A stretch of 64,000 bases of DNA from a virus: the IMG/VR virus record IMGVR_UViG_3300009703_001822. One strand, written 5' to 3'. Shown piece after piece: positions 1 to 9,567 of the stretch (positions are counted from its first letter, which is position 1; every line of letters begins with the position of its first letter). A program made the translations under genes and the position numbers. The notes under the pieces were generated by a model. It was not told where the DNA came from. It saw only the letters and a program-made list of their open reading frames with translations, and did no database searches.

Positions 1-118
1 CTGTAAAACATGTAAAGGTAAAGTCTTTTTTGTAATACTCCTGTACCATACGATACAGATTGTTTACATAATGTGGTTCGTATTTAGTGCCCCACTTGAT
101 GCATACAAAGTTCATCAT
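1..118 (-). CDS. Glycosyltransferase-like protein, N-terminal part (runs off the window)
   Basis: Not in the ORF track. The reverse strand reads MMNFVCIKWGTKYEPHYVNNLYRMVQEYYKKDFTFTCFT; the 'CIKWGTKY' start is paralogous to the adjacent GT gene. Confidence 0.7.
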   Translation of the reverse strand, partial: MMNFVCIKWGTKYEPHYVNNLYRMVQEYYKKDFTFTCFT

Positions 119-761
119 ATTCTTTTGCTATCTCCGGTCTTCTATCTAATCCATTTAATAAGCATATAGTATATTCTGGCCTATACTTTCTACCAGCAGC
201 TACATACGCATATACTTCATTATGTGGTAAGTGTTCAAATGTAAATCCTTCATGATATAAAAATGTATCATCACCATATGGATATTGTACATCATATGTT
301 TCTGGATATTTATTATAGTGATTCCATATATGTGTAGCATCTTTCCACAACATTACACTAGAATTATAGTTACTTAAAGGCCCTACAAACTCTGGTTGCC
401 ACGGAAAATCGTGTATGCTTATTTGTTTATCGCCTTTATCTTTCCACCATGTATATACAATTACGGGGTTATCTTGGCAGTAATCAAACAAATGATCTAT
501 GGGTTTTTGTATTCTTACATCTAAATCTAAGTATAATATAGTACCTAGATCCTTTAATTGAAAGAGTTTTAACTTTTCCATATTGCCGTTTGGCTCGTGT
601 TCGAGATACAATACACCTATATCTGGGTGTAATCCTTTAGGATCATCGGTTACACAGACATAGTTATACTTGCCTTCTGTATGCTCGTATATAGAATTTA
701 CAGCATCTGCGCTGTATTTCTCACCATATTTTAAAGTTAAAATAGTTTTCATTGTAATCAA
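84..761 (-). CDS. GT-A (GT8-like) glycosyltransferase
   Basis: LKYGEKY start, CVTDD, LYLDLDV (DxD), YNSSVMLW and GDD motifs. Confidence 0.75.
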   Translation of the reverse strand: MITMKTILTLKYGEKYSADAVNSIYEHTEGKYNYVCVTDDPKGLHPDIGVLYLEHEPNGNMEKLKLFQLKDLGTILYLDLDVRIQKPIDHLFDYCQDNPVIVYTWWKDKGDKQISIHDFPWQPEFVGPLSNYNSSVMLWKDATHIWNHYNKYPETYDVQYPYGDDTFLYHEGFTFEHLPHNEVYAYVAAGRKYRPEYTICLLNGLDRRPEIAKEYDELCMHQVGH

Positions 762-764
762 TAT

Positions 765-795
765 TATTTATAAATAAGAGTGTACGATATTTATA
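765..795. promoter_or_regulatory. Divergent T4-type late promoters
   Basis: Palindrome TATTTATAAATA (765-776) gives TATAAATA on both strands; a second minus-strand copy is at 788-795, between divergent genes. Confidence 0.7.
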
Positions 796-808
796 GACGA
801 AGGAACCA

Positions 809-1138
809 ATGGCAACCATTTCAAACATAGTCATAGATCAGGGCACAACATTCAGTTTGGAACTGAATTTAACGAATGATGATAATTCTGCTAAAAATTT
901 AGCAGATTATACAGTCACCTCTCAAATGAGGAAAAGTTATGAGGCAACAACAGCTACTGATTTTACTACAGCGAAAGTAGATGCTACAGGTAAAATAACA
1001 ATATCGTTGACTGCAGTACAAACGGCTGCACTCAAATCAGGACGATATGTTTACGATATAGAGATAGCATCTTCATCGGAAACATTAAGAGTCTTAGAAG
1101 GATTAGTAACCGTAACACCTAATGTTACAAGAGCTTAG
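809..1138 (+). CDS. Virion structural / baseplate-fibre adaptor-like protein
   Basis: IDQGTTF...GRYVYDIEI...RVLEG pattern typical of marine T4-like structural proteins. Confidence 0.6.
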   Translation: MATISNIVIDQGTTFSLELNLTNDDNSAKNLADYTVTSQMRKSYEATTATDFTTAKVDATGKITISLTAVQTAALKSGRYVYDIEIASSSETLRVLEGLVTVTPNVTRA

Positions 1139-1146
1139 GAGATAAT

Positions 1147-1404
1147 ATGGCAACGACAGTAAACGCATCTAATACACCTATTAAAGTTTCAACTTCTATT
1201 GGTAGTACTAGAGTCGTTTCATCTACAACCACTCAATCACAAGTAGCGACGGCTACAGAATTAGGAGATCTCACAGGCATAGATGTTTCAGGAAAACAAA
1301 ACGGATACACCTTAGTATATGATAGCGGCAGTGGTAATTGGCAAGCAAAACCGGCATCGGATGTTGCTTCATCGGTTACTTCTATTGACGGTGGCACATT
1401 TTAG
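1147..1404 (+). CDS. Short fibre-associated protein
   Basis: LGDLTGID...LVYD...W fibre repeat; C-terminal IDGGTF. Confidence 0.5.
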   Translation: MATTVNASNTPIKVSTSIGSTRVVSSTTTQSQVATATELGDLTGIDVSGKQNGYTLVYDSGSGNWQAKPASDVASSVTSIDGGTF

Positions 1405-1455
1405 TATGATATAAAGCTTTATATGATAATAAAAAATTTTACTAGGAGAAAATAA

Positions 1456-2850
1456 ATGAGCACAACAATTCAAATTAAAAGGAGCACAGGGTCAGCAGCC
1501 CCAGGCGCTTCTGATTTGGTTGAAGGCGAATTAGCGTACGCAGAAGATAGATCCGGCGACGGAGCATCTGCTAAGTTATATATTTCTTCCATTGATTCCG
1601 GCAGTAGCGAGGTAATCCAAGCAATAGGTGGTAAATACTATACAGATTTACTAGATGGTGCTACCAATGCTAACACAGCTAGCAAACTCGTAAAAAGAGA
1701 TGGCTCCGGGAACTTTAATGGTGGGACAATAACTGGAAGTACCTTAACAGACGGAACAGCAAGTATAGCATCTGGCGCTATTACAGGAGCAACAAATATA
1801 ACAGCTTCTGGAACAGTACAGTTTGGTTCAATATCTGATGGTACAATAACAGCAACTGCATTTGTAGACGAAGACAATATGTCTTCAAACAGTGCAACGC
1901 TTATTCCCACACAACAATCAGTCAAAGCTTATGTTGACGCACAAGTAACAGCAAGTGATTTAGACGCAGCTGGTGATTCTGGAACAATAGATATAGATCT
2001 AGATTCAGAAACATTTACAGTAGCAGGTGGTACAGGTATTACAACTGCAGCATCTGGCACAACTATTACAGCAACTCTAGACGATACAGCAGTTTCAGCA
2101 GGTTCATACGGTTCTACAACAGCAGTTCCAGTAATTACTGTTGACGCACAGGGTCGTATTACAGCAGCTTCAACATCAGCAATCTCAACCTCATACACAT
2201 TAGCAGCTGACTCAGGTTCTAATGATTCTGTAGCAGGTGGAGAAACAATAACATTTAGTGGTACAGCAAACGAGATTGAAACAACAGTTTCTAATAACGA
2301 AATTACAATCGGCTTACCAAACAATGTAACAATATCAGGTAACCTAACGGTTAGTGGTACAACCACAACTGTAGATTCCACAACTTTATCCGTAGCAGAT
2401 CCATTGATCTCACTAGCAACAGGTAACAATTCATCTGACGCAGTGGACATTGGTCTATATGGTTTGTATGACACTTCAGGTTCAACAGACTTGTATGGTG
2501 GTTTATTCAGAGACGCTAATGACTCTGGTAAATGGAAGTTATTTAAAGACAACCAAGCAGCACCTACTACAACTGTAAACACAGGCGGAACAGGTTACGC
2601 AGTAGCTACATTAGTAGCAAACTTAGAATCATCTAGTGTAACAATTACAGGCGGTTCTATAACAGGTATTACTGATCTGGTAGTAGCAGACGGTGGTACA
2701 GGAGCAGGAACATTTACAAGTAAAGGTATTATTTACGGTAATGGAACAGGAGCTCTACAAGTAACAGCAGCAGGCACAGATGGACAAGTCCTACAAGCAG
2801 GCTCAGGCGGAACACCAGAGTTCGGTGGAATTGATGGTGGAACATATTAA
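1456..2850 (+). CDS. Tail/head fibre protein
   Basis: N-terminal IQIKR...GELAY module, Gly/Thr/Ser-rich beta repeats, C-terminal IDGGTY. Confidence 0.7.
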   Translation: MSTTIQIKRSTGSAAPGASDLVEGELAYAEDRSGDGASAKLYISSIDSGSSEVIQAIGGKYYTDLLDGATNANTASKLVKRDGSGNFNGGTITGSTLTDGTASIASGAITGATNITASGTVQFGSISDGTITATAFVDEDNMSSNSATLIPTQQSVKAYVDAQVTASDLDAAGDSGTIDIDLDSETFTVAGGTGITTAASGTTITATLDDTAVSAGSYGSTTAVPVITVDAQGRITAASTSAISTSYTLAADSGSNDSVAGGETITFSGTANEIETTVSNNEITIGLPNNVTISGNLTVSGTTTTVDSTTLSVADPLISLATGNNSSDAVDIGLYGLYDTSGSTDLYGGLFRDANDSGKWKLFKDNQAAPTTTVNTGGTGYAVATLVANLESSSVTITGGSITGITDLVVADGGTGAGTFTSKGIIYGNGTGALQVTAAGTDGQVLQAGSGGTPEFGGIDGGTY

Positions 2851-2870
2851 TAAATTTTAAGGATTTTGAA

Positions 2871-3068
2871 ATGGATGAACAATTAATTAATGAATACATA
2901 AACAACTTGGCAAATCAGGTTAATACTCTGACCCAAGAAAATATTTTACTTAAGACTAGATTAGCTATTTTTGAGAAGAGAGAACAGGAAAAGGCTAAGG
3001 CTTCAGAAGAGTCTCAGCCTTCCTCACAAAAAGAGGAGACTCCTCCTCTCGTCTCTAAAGAGGAATAA
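2871..3068 (+). CDS. Small coiled-coil protein (possible fibre chaperone)
   Basis: Heptad pattern; RBS; lies between fibre genes. Confidence 0.5.
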   Translation: MDEQLINEYINNLANQVNTLTQENILLKTRLAIFEKREQEKAKASEESQPSSQKEETPPLVSKEE

Positions 3069-3071
3069 TAG

Positions 3072-3392
3072 ATGGCAACGGTAATCAAGATCAAAAAATC
3101 CGAAACTTCTGGTAGTGCACCTACCACTTCGGATTTAGTTGCAGGTGAGGTAGCACTCAATACTGCGGATAAGATTGCCTATGTAAGAGACTCTAGCAAT
3201 CAGATTATAAAGTTTGCAAACTTTACTGATGCAGATGAATCTTTAACATTCCCTACAGGAGATTGGGGAAGTGTAGCTTCTAGTTTAAGTACAGATGCTT
3301 TTGGACAACTTCTGGATAAAGAATATGATATGAATACAAGTATTAAATATCGTTTAGCAACAGAAGATATGGGTTCAGACTCATCAATATAA
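3072..3392 (+). CDS. Short fibre-module protein
   Basis: N-terminal IKIKK...GEVALN, paralogous to the N-terminus of 1456-2850. Confidence 0.55.
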   Translation: MATVIKIKKSETSGSAPTTSDLVAGEVALNTADKIAYVRDSSNQIIKFANFTDADESLTFPTGDWGSVASSLSTDAFGQLLDKEYDMNTSIKYRLATEDMGSDSSI

Positions 3393-3395
3393 ATA
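3388..3395 (+). promoter_or_regulatory. T4 late promoter
   Basis: TATAAATA upstream of the fibre gene. Confidence 0.7.
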
Positions 3396-3413
3396 AGAAT
3401 ATAGGAGAGAATA

Positions 3414-4784
3414 ATGCCAACACAGGTACAATTTAGAAGAGGGACAACTACACAAAACGAATCCTTCACGGGTGCTGTGGGTGAGCTTTCCGTAGATACT
3501 ACGCTAGACACAATAAGAGTACACGACGGTTCCACAGCAGGTGGTATTAGACTCGCTAAGTTTTCTGAGATACAAGCAGGAGATATTACAGCAGTCGTAG
3601 CAGGTACAGGTTTATCAGGAGGAGCAACAAGCGGTAGTGCAACGGTTAACTTGTCTCACCTGGGTTTGGAAAGTTTATCAGATCCAAATGATGATCAAAT
3701 AATTTTCTGGGACGACTCAGCAGGAGCAACAGCATTTTTAGATTTAGGCACAGGATTGTCTATATCAGGAACAACAATTTCTGTAGGAACCCTTAATCAG
3801 GATACTACAGGCAACGCAGCTACGGCAACAGCTTTAGAAACTGCAAGAACAATTCATGGTGTATCATTTGATGGTACAGCAAACATAGACTTATCCGAAG
3901 TAGTACAAGATACTGTCGGTGCTATGTTCTCAAGTAATACTGAGACAGGTATTACAGTTAGTTATGAAGATGGTGATGGTACTATTGATCTAGTGGTAGG
4001 AACACTTAACCAAAACACCACAGGTTCAGCAGCAACATTAACAACAGCAAGAACTATTAATGGTGTTAGTTTTGATGGTAGTGCTAATATAACAACATTA
4101 ACAGCAGGAACTGGTGTATCAGTTTCAGGTACAGCAGTTTCAATAGGACAAGCAGTAGCAACATCAAGTAATGTTACATTTGCAGATCTAGCAGCAACAG
4201 GTAATGTAACTATTACAGGTAACCTAGATGTAAACGGAACAACTACAACATTAGATACTACAAACTCTACAATAGCAGATAGACTAATAGAGTTAGGAAC
4301 AGGAACATCAGGAACACCAGCAAATGATATGGGTATTGTTCTTGAAAGAGGTTCTTCAGACAACGCATTTATAGGTTGGGACGAAAGTGCAGACAAGTTC
4401 CTAATGGGTACAGGCTCATTTACAGGAGCAAGCACAGGCGATCTTACAGTTACAACAGGAACACTTGTAGCAAACTTAGAAGGTAATGTTACAGGTAACT
4501 TAACAGGTAATGCAGATACAGCTACAGCACTTGCAACAGCAAGAACTTTATCGTTTACAGGAGATGTAACAGGTACAGGAGACTTTGACGGTTCAGGTAA
4601 CTTAGCAACAGCATTAACAATTGCAGCTAATAGTGTTGCATTAGGCACAGACACTACAGGTAATTATATGGCACAGGTAAGTGGAGGAGATGGTATTACT
4701 GTTTCTCACTCACAGGGAGAAGGCTCAACAGCTACAATTACAGGTACAGCAATTTATGACGCATCAGGATCAAAACTTAACTAG
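3414..4784 (+). CDS. Fibre protein with Mtd_N-like N-terminal domain
   Basis: QVQFRRGTT...GELSVDT...RVHDG N-terminus; ATALETARTI..VSFDG repeats. Confidence 0.75.
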   Translation: MPTQVQFRRGTTTQNESFTGAVGELSVDTTLDTIRVHDGSTAGGIRLAKFSEIQAGDITAVVAGTGLSGGATSGSATVNLSHLGLESLSDPNDDQIIFWDDSAGATAFLDLGTGLSISGTTISVGTLNQDTTGNAATATALETARTIHGVSFDGTANIDLSEVVQDTVGAMFSSNTETGITVSYEDGDGTIDLVVGTLNQNTTGSAATLTTARTINGVSFDGSANITTLTAGTGVSVSGTAVSIGQAVATSSNVTFADLAATGNVTITGNLDVNGTTTTLDTTNSTIADRLIELGTGTSGTPANDMGIVLERGSSDNAFIGWDESADKFLMGTGSFTGASTGDLTVTTGTLVANLEGNVTGNLTGNADTATALATARTLSFTGDVTGTGDFDGSGNLATALTIAANSVALGTDTTGNYMAQVSGGDGITVSHSQGEGSTATITGTAIYDASGSKLN

Positions 4785-4793
4785 GGGTAGAAA

Positions 4794-5771
4794 ATGGCAT
4801 TAGCTAGCAGACAAGATTTACAAGATTACGCCTTAAGAAGGCTAGGTCACCCTGTTATTGAAATAAATGTAGATGAAGGCCAACTATCAGATAGAATAGA
4901 TGACGCTCTACAATTCTTTCAGGAGTATCACTTTGATGGTGTAGAAAAAACTTATGTAAAACACCAAATAACAGGCTCAAAGTTAAAACTAACTGCTAAC
5001 CTAGCAAACAATTTTCAGAAAGCAGAAGTAATTACAGGTGGCACATCAGGAGCTACAGCAGTAGTAGATGGTGCTGACGATACAGCACAATTTATAATGT
5101 TGGAACAAACTAGAACAGGTACCTTTGTAGGTGGAGAAACTATTACAGGTGCTGAGTCAGGTGCAACAGCAACTACACACGGAACAGACACATATACAAA
5201 AGGCGATATTGAAAATGGATATTTGCCTATTAGTAATAATATACTAGGTATAACCAGAGTGTTTAACTTTGGAGGTGCAGCAACAAACAATACAAGGGAC
5301 GGACAACTATTTGATCTAATGTACCAATTTAGAATGAATGATCTGTATAACCTAATGGGTGCAGACATGATTTACTATTCAGTCGTACAAACTCACTTAA
5401 CTACATTAGAAAAACTATTAACAGGGGATAGACAAATCCGTTGGAATAGAAAAACAGATAGACTGTATATAGATACTGATTGGGATAAAACATTTAATGT
5501 TGGAGACTTTATTGTAGCAGAAGCTTATGCTATTGTAGATCCTGCTACATACACAGAAGTCTATGATGATATGTTCCTTAAAAAGTATGTAACTGCTTTA
5601 TTTAAAAAACAATGGGGTGAAAATATTAAGAAATTTGCTGGAATACAAATGCCTGGAGGAGTAACATTAGATGGACAAACTATCTATCAAGAAGCAATTC
5701 AGGAGATACAGGCAATAGAACAGGAGATGCAACTTAAATACGAACTACCACCTCAATTTATGATAGGATAA
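4794..5771 (+). CDS. gp13: Neck protein gp13
   Basis: YALRRLGHPVIEINV, YHFDG, QWGENIKKF..IQMPGGVTLDG; synteny. Confidence 0.93.
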   Translation: MALASRQDLQDYALRRLGHPVIEINVDEGQLSDRIDDALQFFQEYHFDGVEKTYVKHQITGSKLKLTANLANNFQKAEVITGGTSGATAVVDGADDTAQFIMLEQTRTGTFVGGETITGAESGATATTHGTDTYTKGDIENGYLPISNNILGITRVFNFGGAATNNTRDGQLFDLMYQFRMNDLYNLMGADMIYYSVVQTHLTTLEKLLTGDRQIRWNRKTDRLYIDTDWDKTFNVGDFIVAEAYAIVDPATYTEVYDDMFLKKYVTALFKKQWGENIKKFAGIQMPGGVTLDGQTIYQEAIQEIQAIEQEMQLKYELPPQFMIG

Positions 5772-5775
5772 ACCC

Positions 5776-6525
5776 ATGCCAACGAATAATTATTTTCAGA
5801 ACGGCGGTGGTATTGGTACAACAAACGAACAGCGCTTAATAGAAGATCTAATTATCGAGAGCCTTAAAATCTATGGCCACGATACTTTTTACTTACCTAG
5901 AACAATGGTAAATAAAGATACAATCTTTGATGAGGCACAACTTTCTTCCTTTACACAAGCATATCCTTTAGAAATGTACTTGGACAATGTCCAGGGTTTT
6001 GAAGGACAGGGAGATATATTCACAAGATTTGGTATGGAAGTTAGAGATCAAGCAACTTTCATACTAGCAAAAAGACGATGGGAGGACATGGTAACAAGAC
6101 AAGGTCCTACCGTTTCTCGTAAAGCAAGACCTGTAGAAGGAGACTTAATTTATTTTAGTAAAACGAAATCAATGTTTGAAATTAAATATGTTGATTTCCA
6201 AAATCCTTTTTATCAGGCAGGACAAATATATGTATTTAGATTGGTATGTGAATTGTTCGAATACAGTTCAGAAGATATAGATACAGGCATATCAGAAATA
6301 GATGCTATAGAAACAAAATACTCTCAAGACATGTTGGAGTATCAGTTCAAACTAGAGTCAGGAGATTTACTGTTGAAAGAAGATACAGGCTCATTAATTA
6401 CAGAAGCATATCAAACAACTGTATCTGAACCAATAGATAACGCAGACTTTGATAGCTTAATAACACTAGAAGGTATATTAGACTTTAGTGAATCTAATCC
6501 ATTTGGTGAAATAGGAGGCTCGTAA
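5776..6525 (+). CDS. gp14: Neck protein gp14
   Basis: ESLKIYG...YLPR, RPVEGDLIYF, CELFEYS, DFSESNPFG. Confidence 0.93.
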   Translation: MPTNNYFQNGGGIGTTNEQRLIEDLIIESLKIYGHDTFYLPRTMVNKDTIFDEAQLSSFTQAYPLEMYLDNVQGFEGQGDIFTRFGMEVRDQATFILAKRRWEDMVTRQGPTVSRKARPVEGDLIYFSKTKSMFEIKYVDFQNPFYQAGQIYVFRLVCELFEYSSEDIDTGISEIDAIETKYSQDMLEYQFKLESGDLLLKEDTGSLITEAYQTTVSEPIDNADFDSLITLEGILDFSESNPFGEIGGS

Positions 6526-7313
6526 TGTTTAAGAATAAAGTCTTCTATCATCAACATGTAAGAAAAGCAATTATTGCCTTTGGAACTATATTCAATGATA
6601 TAAACATTGAAAGAAAGAATAGTTCAGGTGCAGTTACACAAGCATTAAGAGTACCTTTAGCATACTCTACTAAACAAAAGTTTTTAACAAGGATTGCTAG
6701 GGTTGCAGATACAAGTACAAGAGGCGAGGTAGCAATTACATTGCCTAGAATGGGTTTTGAAATAGATGGATTGGGTTATGATCCTGCAAGAAAAGTAGCA
6801 CCTATACAAAGGAACAGAGCAATTGGCACAGGAGATGATGCCAATCAACAAAGAACAGTATTCAGTTCGGCACCATGGAACATGAATTTATCCTTATATA
6901 TATTTGCGAAGAATCAAAACGATGGATTAGCAATAATAGAACAGATACTTCCTTATTTTAATCCTGACTTTAATATAACAATAAACGATCTCCCAGAAGT
7001 GGGAATCAAAAGAGATATAAAAATAACTTTAGATAATGTTGGTTATGAAGATGAATATGAAGGCGAATTCGCTAGTAGACTAAGTGTAGTATGGACATTA
7101 AATTTTACAATGAGACTTAATTTTTACAGTCATGTTTCTAATGTAGAAACTATTAAGAAAGCGGTAGTAGACGCTTACAATGATCCTGAGCTAAACTTAA
7201 TCAAGGACCCGAATCAAAGAGTACGAGCAACAGTACAGGTTAATCCTAATACTGCTACTCCAGCCGATACATATACATTCTTGGAGGAATTTGATGAAGC
7301 ATTCGAAGACTAA
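6525..7313 (+). CDS. gp15: Tail sheath stabiliser / terminator gp15
   Basis: IIAFGTIFNDI, VPLAY, TLPRMGFE, EQILPYFNP. Confidence 0.93.
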   Translation: MFKNKVFYHQHVRKAIIAFGTIFNDINIERKNSSGAVTQALRVPLAYSTKQKFLTRIARVADTSTRGEVAITLPRMGFEIDGLGYDPARKVAPIQRNRAIGTGDDANQQRTVFSSAPWNMNLSLYIFAKNQNDGLAIIEQILPYFNPDFNITINDLPEVGIKRDIKITLDNVGYEDEYEGEFASRLSVVWTLNFTMRLNFYSHVSNVETIKKAVVDAYNDPELNLIKDPNQRVRATVQVNPNTATPADTYTFLEEFDEAFED

Positions 7314-7794
7314 AAATACTTTTGAGGAATTAGATAAGAGCTTTAATACAAAAGAAATAACAAAAGCTCTTGAAACAAACCTTAAAAAGACACAAGAAGA
7401 AAGACAACTCCCTGCAGTAGACATGTCCGAAGAGGATAAACAGGAGCTTGCAATAAAACAACAAGAAGAAGATTTACAGTATGCCAGAATGATGTTAAAA
7501 CAGGCAGAGGCATACAATGCTGAGGCTATTGAAGGCATACTACACATAGCAAGGAACTCAGATCAACCTCGTGCATACGAAGTAGCAGGTGGTTTAATTA
7601 AAAATTTACAAGACAATGCTAAAGATATGTTAGATGTACATGAGAAACAAAAGAGAATAACAGCAGACGATCCTAAGGCAAGAAATATTAAAACACAAAA
7701 TAATGTATTCGTAGGAAGTACAAAAGATTTATTAAAGGCTATAAAAGAAGACGATACTAAAACTATCGATATAGAACCAGATGCCACAACCTGA
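7294..7794 (+). CDS. gp16: Terminase small subunit gp16
   Basis: DLQYAR, PRAYEVAG.LIK, NNVFVGST.DL. Confidence 0.92.
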   Translation: MKHSKTKNTFEELDKSFNTKEITKALETNLKKTQEERQLPAVDMSEEDKQELAIKQQEEDLQYARMMLKQAEAYNAEAIEGILHIARNSDQPRAYEVAGGLIKNLQDNAKDMLDVHEKQKRITADDPKARNIKTQNNVFVGSTKDLLKAIKEDDTKTIDIEPDATT

Positions 7795-9442
7795 ACAAAC
7801 CTCATATCACGGTAATCCTAACCTTAAGCCGTTAGCATATCAACACGACTTTACAAAAGAAGAGATAAAAGAGTATGTTAAATGTAAAGAAGATCCAGTA
7901 TATTTCATAGAAAACTATGTAAAAATTATTACACTTGACTCTGGTCTACAACCATTTAAATTATACGATTGCCAAAAAGAAAAAGTAGATGTAATAATGA
8001 ATAACAGGCGTGTGGTTCTTATGGAAGGACGACAGCAAGGCAAAACAGTTACAGCAGCTGCGTGTATATTACATTATACTATATTTGAGGAAGACAAAAC
8101 AGTAGCTATAATGGCTAATAAATCAGCAGCTGCAAGAGAAGTATTAAACAGATACCAAATAATGTATGAGAACTTACCTTTATGGATGCAACAAGGTGTT
8201 AGAGTGTGGAATAAGGGTGATGTAGAATTAGAAAATAATAGTAAAGTACTAACAGCAGCAACAACAGCAGCTGCCATCAGGGGTAAATCAGTAAACTGGT
8301 TGTACATTGATGAGGCAGCAATCATACCTAATAATGTAGCAGATGAATTCTTTACATCTGTTTATCCTACCATTTCTGCTGGTGAGACAACTAAAATTCT
8401 ACTTACATCTACACCATTAGGTTACAATCACTTTTGGAAGTTCTGGAATGAGGCAGAGAAAAAAACAAATGGTTTTGAACACATGTTCATTCCTTACTAT
8501 GAGATACCAGGAAGAGATGAAAAATGGTTGGAAGAGCAGAAACAACTCTTAGGTGAGGTTAAATTTAACCAAGAGGTTATGTGTGAGTTTCTTGGTTCTA
8601 CAAATACTTTAATTAATTCTCAAACAATTGGTAGACTAAGTTCAAAGACACCAGAGTTTCAAAATAACGGATTAGATATATATGAGAACCCTGAAGAAGG
8701 ACATTACTACGCAATAGCGTGTGATACTGCTAGAGGCATAGGTGGAGATTATTCTGCTTTTGTGGTAATAGATATTACAGATATGCCTTATAAAGTGGTT
8801 GCAAAGTATCGTAAAAACGATATTGCTCCTATGTTATACCCAGATGTAATAGGCAAAGTAGGTAGAGACTATAATAATGCTTTTATATTAGTAGAGGTTA
8901 ATGATATAGGACAACAGGTTGCAGAAATACTGCACCAAGAAGTAGAATACGAAAACATTCTAAGTACGGTTACAGAACAACAGAGGCAATATGTAAGCCC
9001 TGGGTTTGGTAAAGCTACAAAGCATGGAGTAACTACTTCAAAGCAAGTAAAAAGACAAGGGTGTTTTACATTTAAGTCGTTACTTGAAGAACAAAAACTG
9101 TTGATATTTGATGAACATATAATACATGAAATATCAACTTTTATAGAGAAGGGCAATACATACCAAGCCGACGAAGGCTATCATGATGACTTGGTAATGT
9201 GTATGGTATTGTTTGGTTGGCTTACAAGTCAGAACTTCTTTAAAGATATGACAGATGTCAATGTTAGAGAAGGATTATATGGACAACAAATGGGAGAAAT
9301 AGAAAGTAACTTAACTCCATTTATAAGAGTCGACGGACAAGAACCAGAAGTAGAAGTATTAGGTAATGATGTTTGGTTATTAGAAGACGAATATCACCCT
9401 CGAAGCTTACAGAAAAAATTGAAAGACCTGATAAACAGGTAA
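7781..9442 (+). CDS. gp17: Terminase large subunit gp17
   Basis: Walker A RQQGKT, Walker B YIDEAA, TSTP.G.NHF, HDDLVM. Confidence 0.97.
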   Translation: MPQPEQTSYHGNPNLKPLAYQHDFTKEEIKEYVKCKEDPVYFIENYVKIITLDSGLQPFKLYDCQKEKVDVIMNNRRVVLMEGRQQGKTVTAAACILHYTIFEEDKTVAIMANKSAAAREVLNRYQIMYENLPLWMQQGVRVWNKGDVELENNSKVLTAATTAAAIRGKSVNWLYIDEAAIIPNNVADEFFTSVYPTISAGETTKILLTSTPLGYNHFWKFWNEAEKKTNGFEHMFIPYYEIPGRDEKWLEEQKQLLGEVKFNQEVMCEFLGSTNTLINSQTIGRLSSKTPEFQNNGLDIYENPEEGHYYAIACDTARGIGGDYSAFVVIDITDMPYKVVAKYRKNDIAPMLYPDVIGKVGRDYNNAFILVEVNDIGQQVAEILHQEVEYENILSTVTEQQRQYVSPGFGKATKHGVTTSKQVKRQGCFTFKSLLEEQKLLIFDEHIIHEISTFIEKGNTYQADEGYHDDLVMCMVLFGWLTSQNFFKDMTDVNVREGLYGQQMGEIESNLTPFIRVDGQEPEVEVLGNDVWLLEDEYHPRSLQKKLKDLINR

Positions 9443-9498
9443 TGTAAATACAAAAAATATATCGTATTTACAAAATTGAAGGTTAAAATATTGTCATG

Positions 9499-9506
9499 TA
9501 TAAATA
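9499..9506 (+). promoter_or_regulatory. T4 late promoter
   Basis: TATAAATA upstream of gp18. Confidence 0.75.
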
Positions 9507-9567
9507 GTAGGATGATAATTAATAAACTTGTGTCATTCATAAGATAATATAAACCGAGGAGAAAAAC

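Noticed and set aside
3414-4784. Diversity-generating retroelement suggested by the Mtd_N-like domain
   Set aside because: No reverse transcriptase or TR/VR pair is seen in the window.
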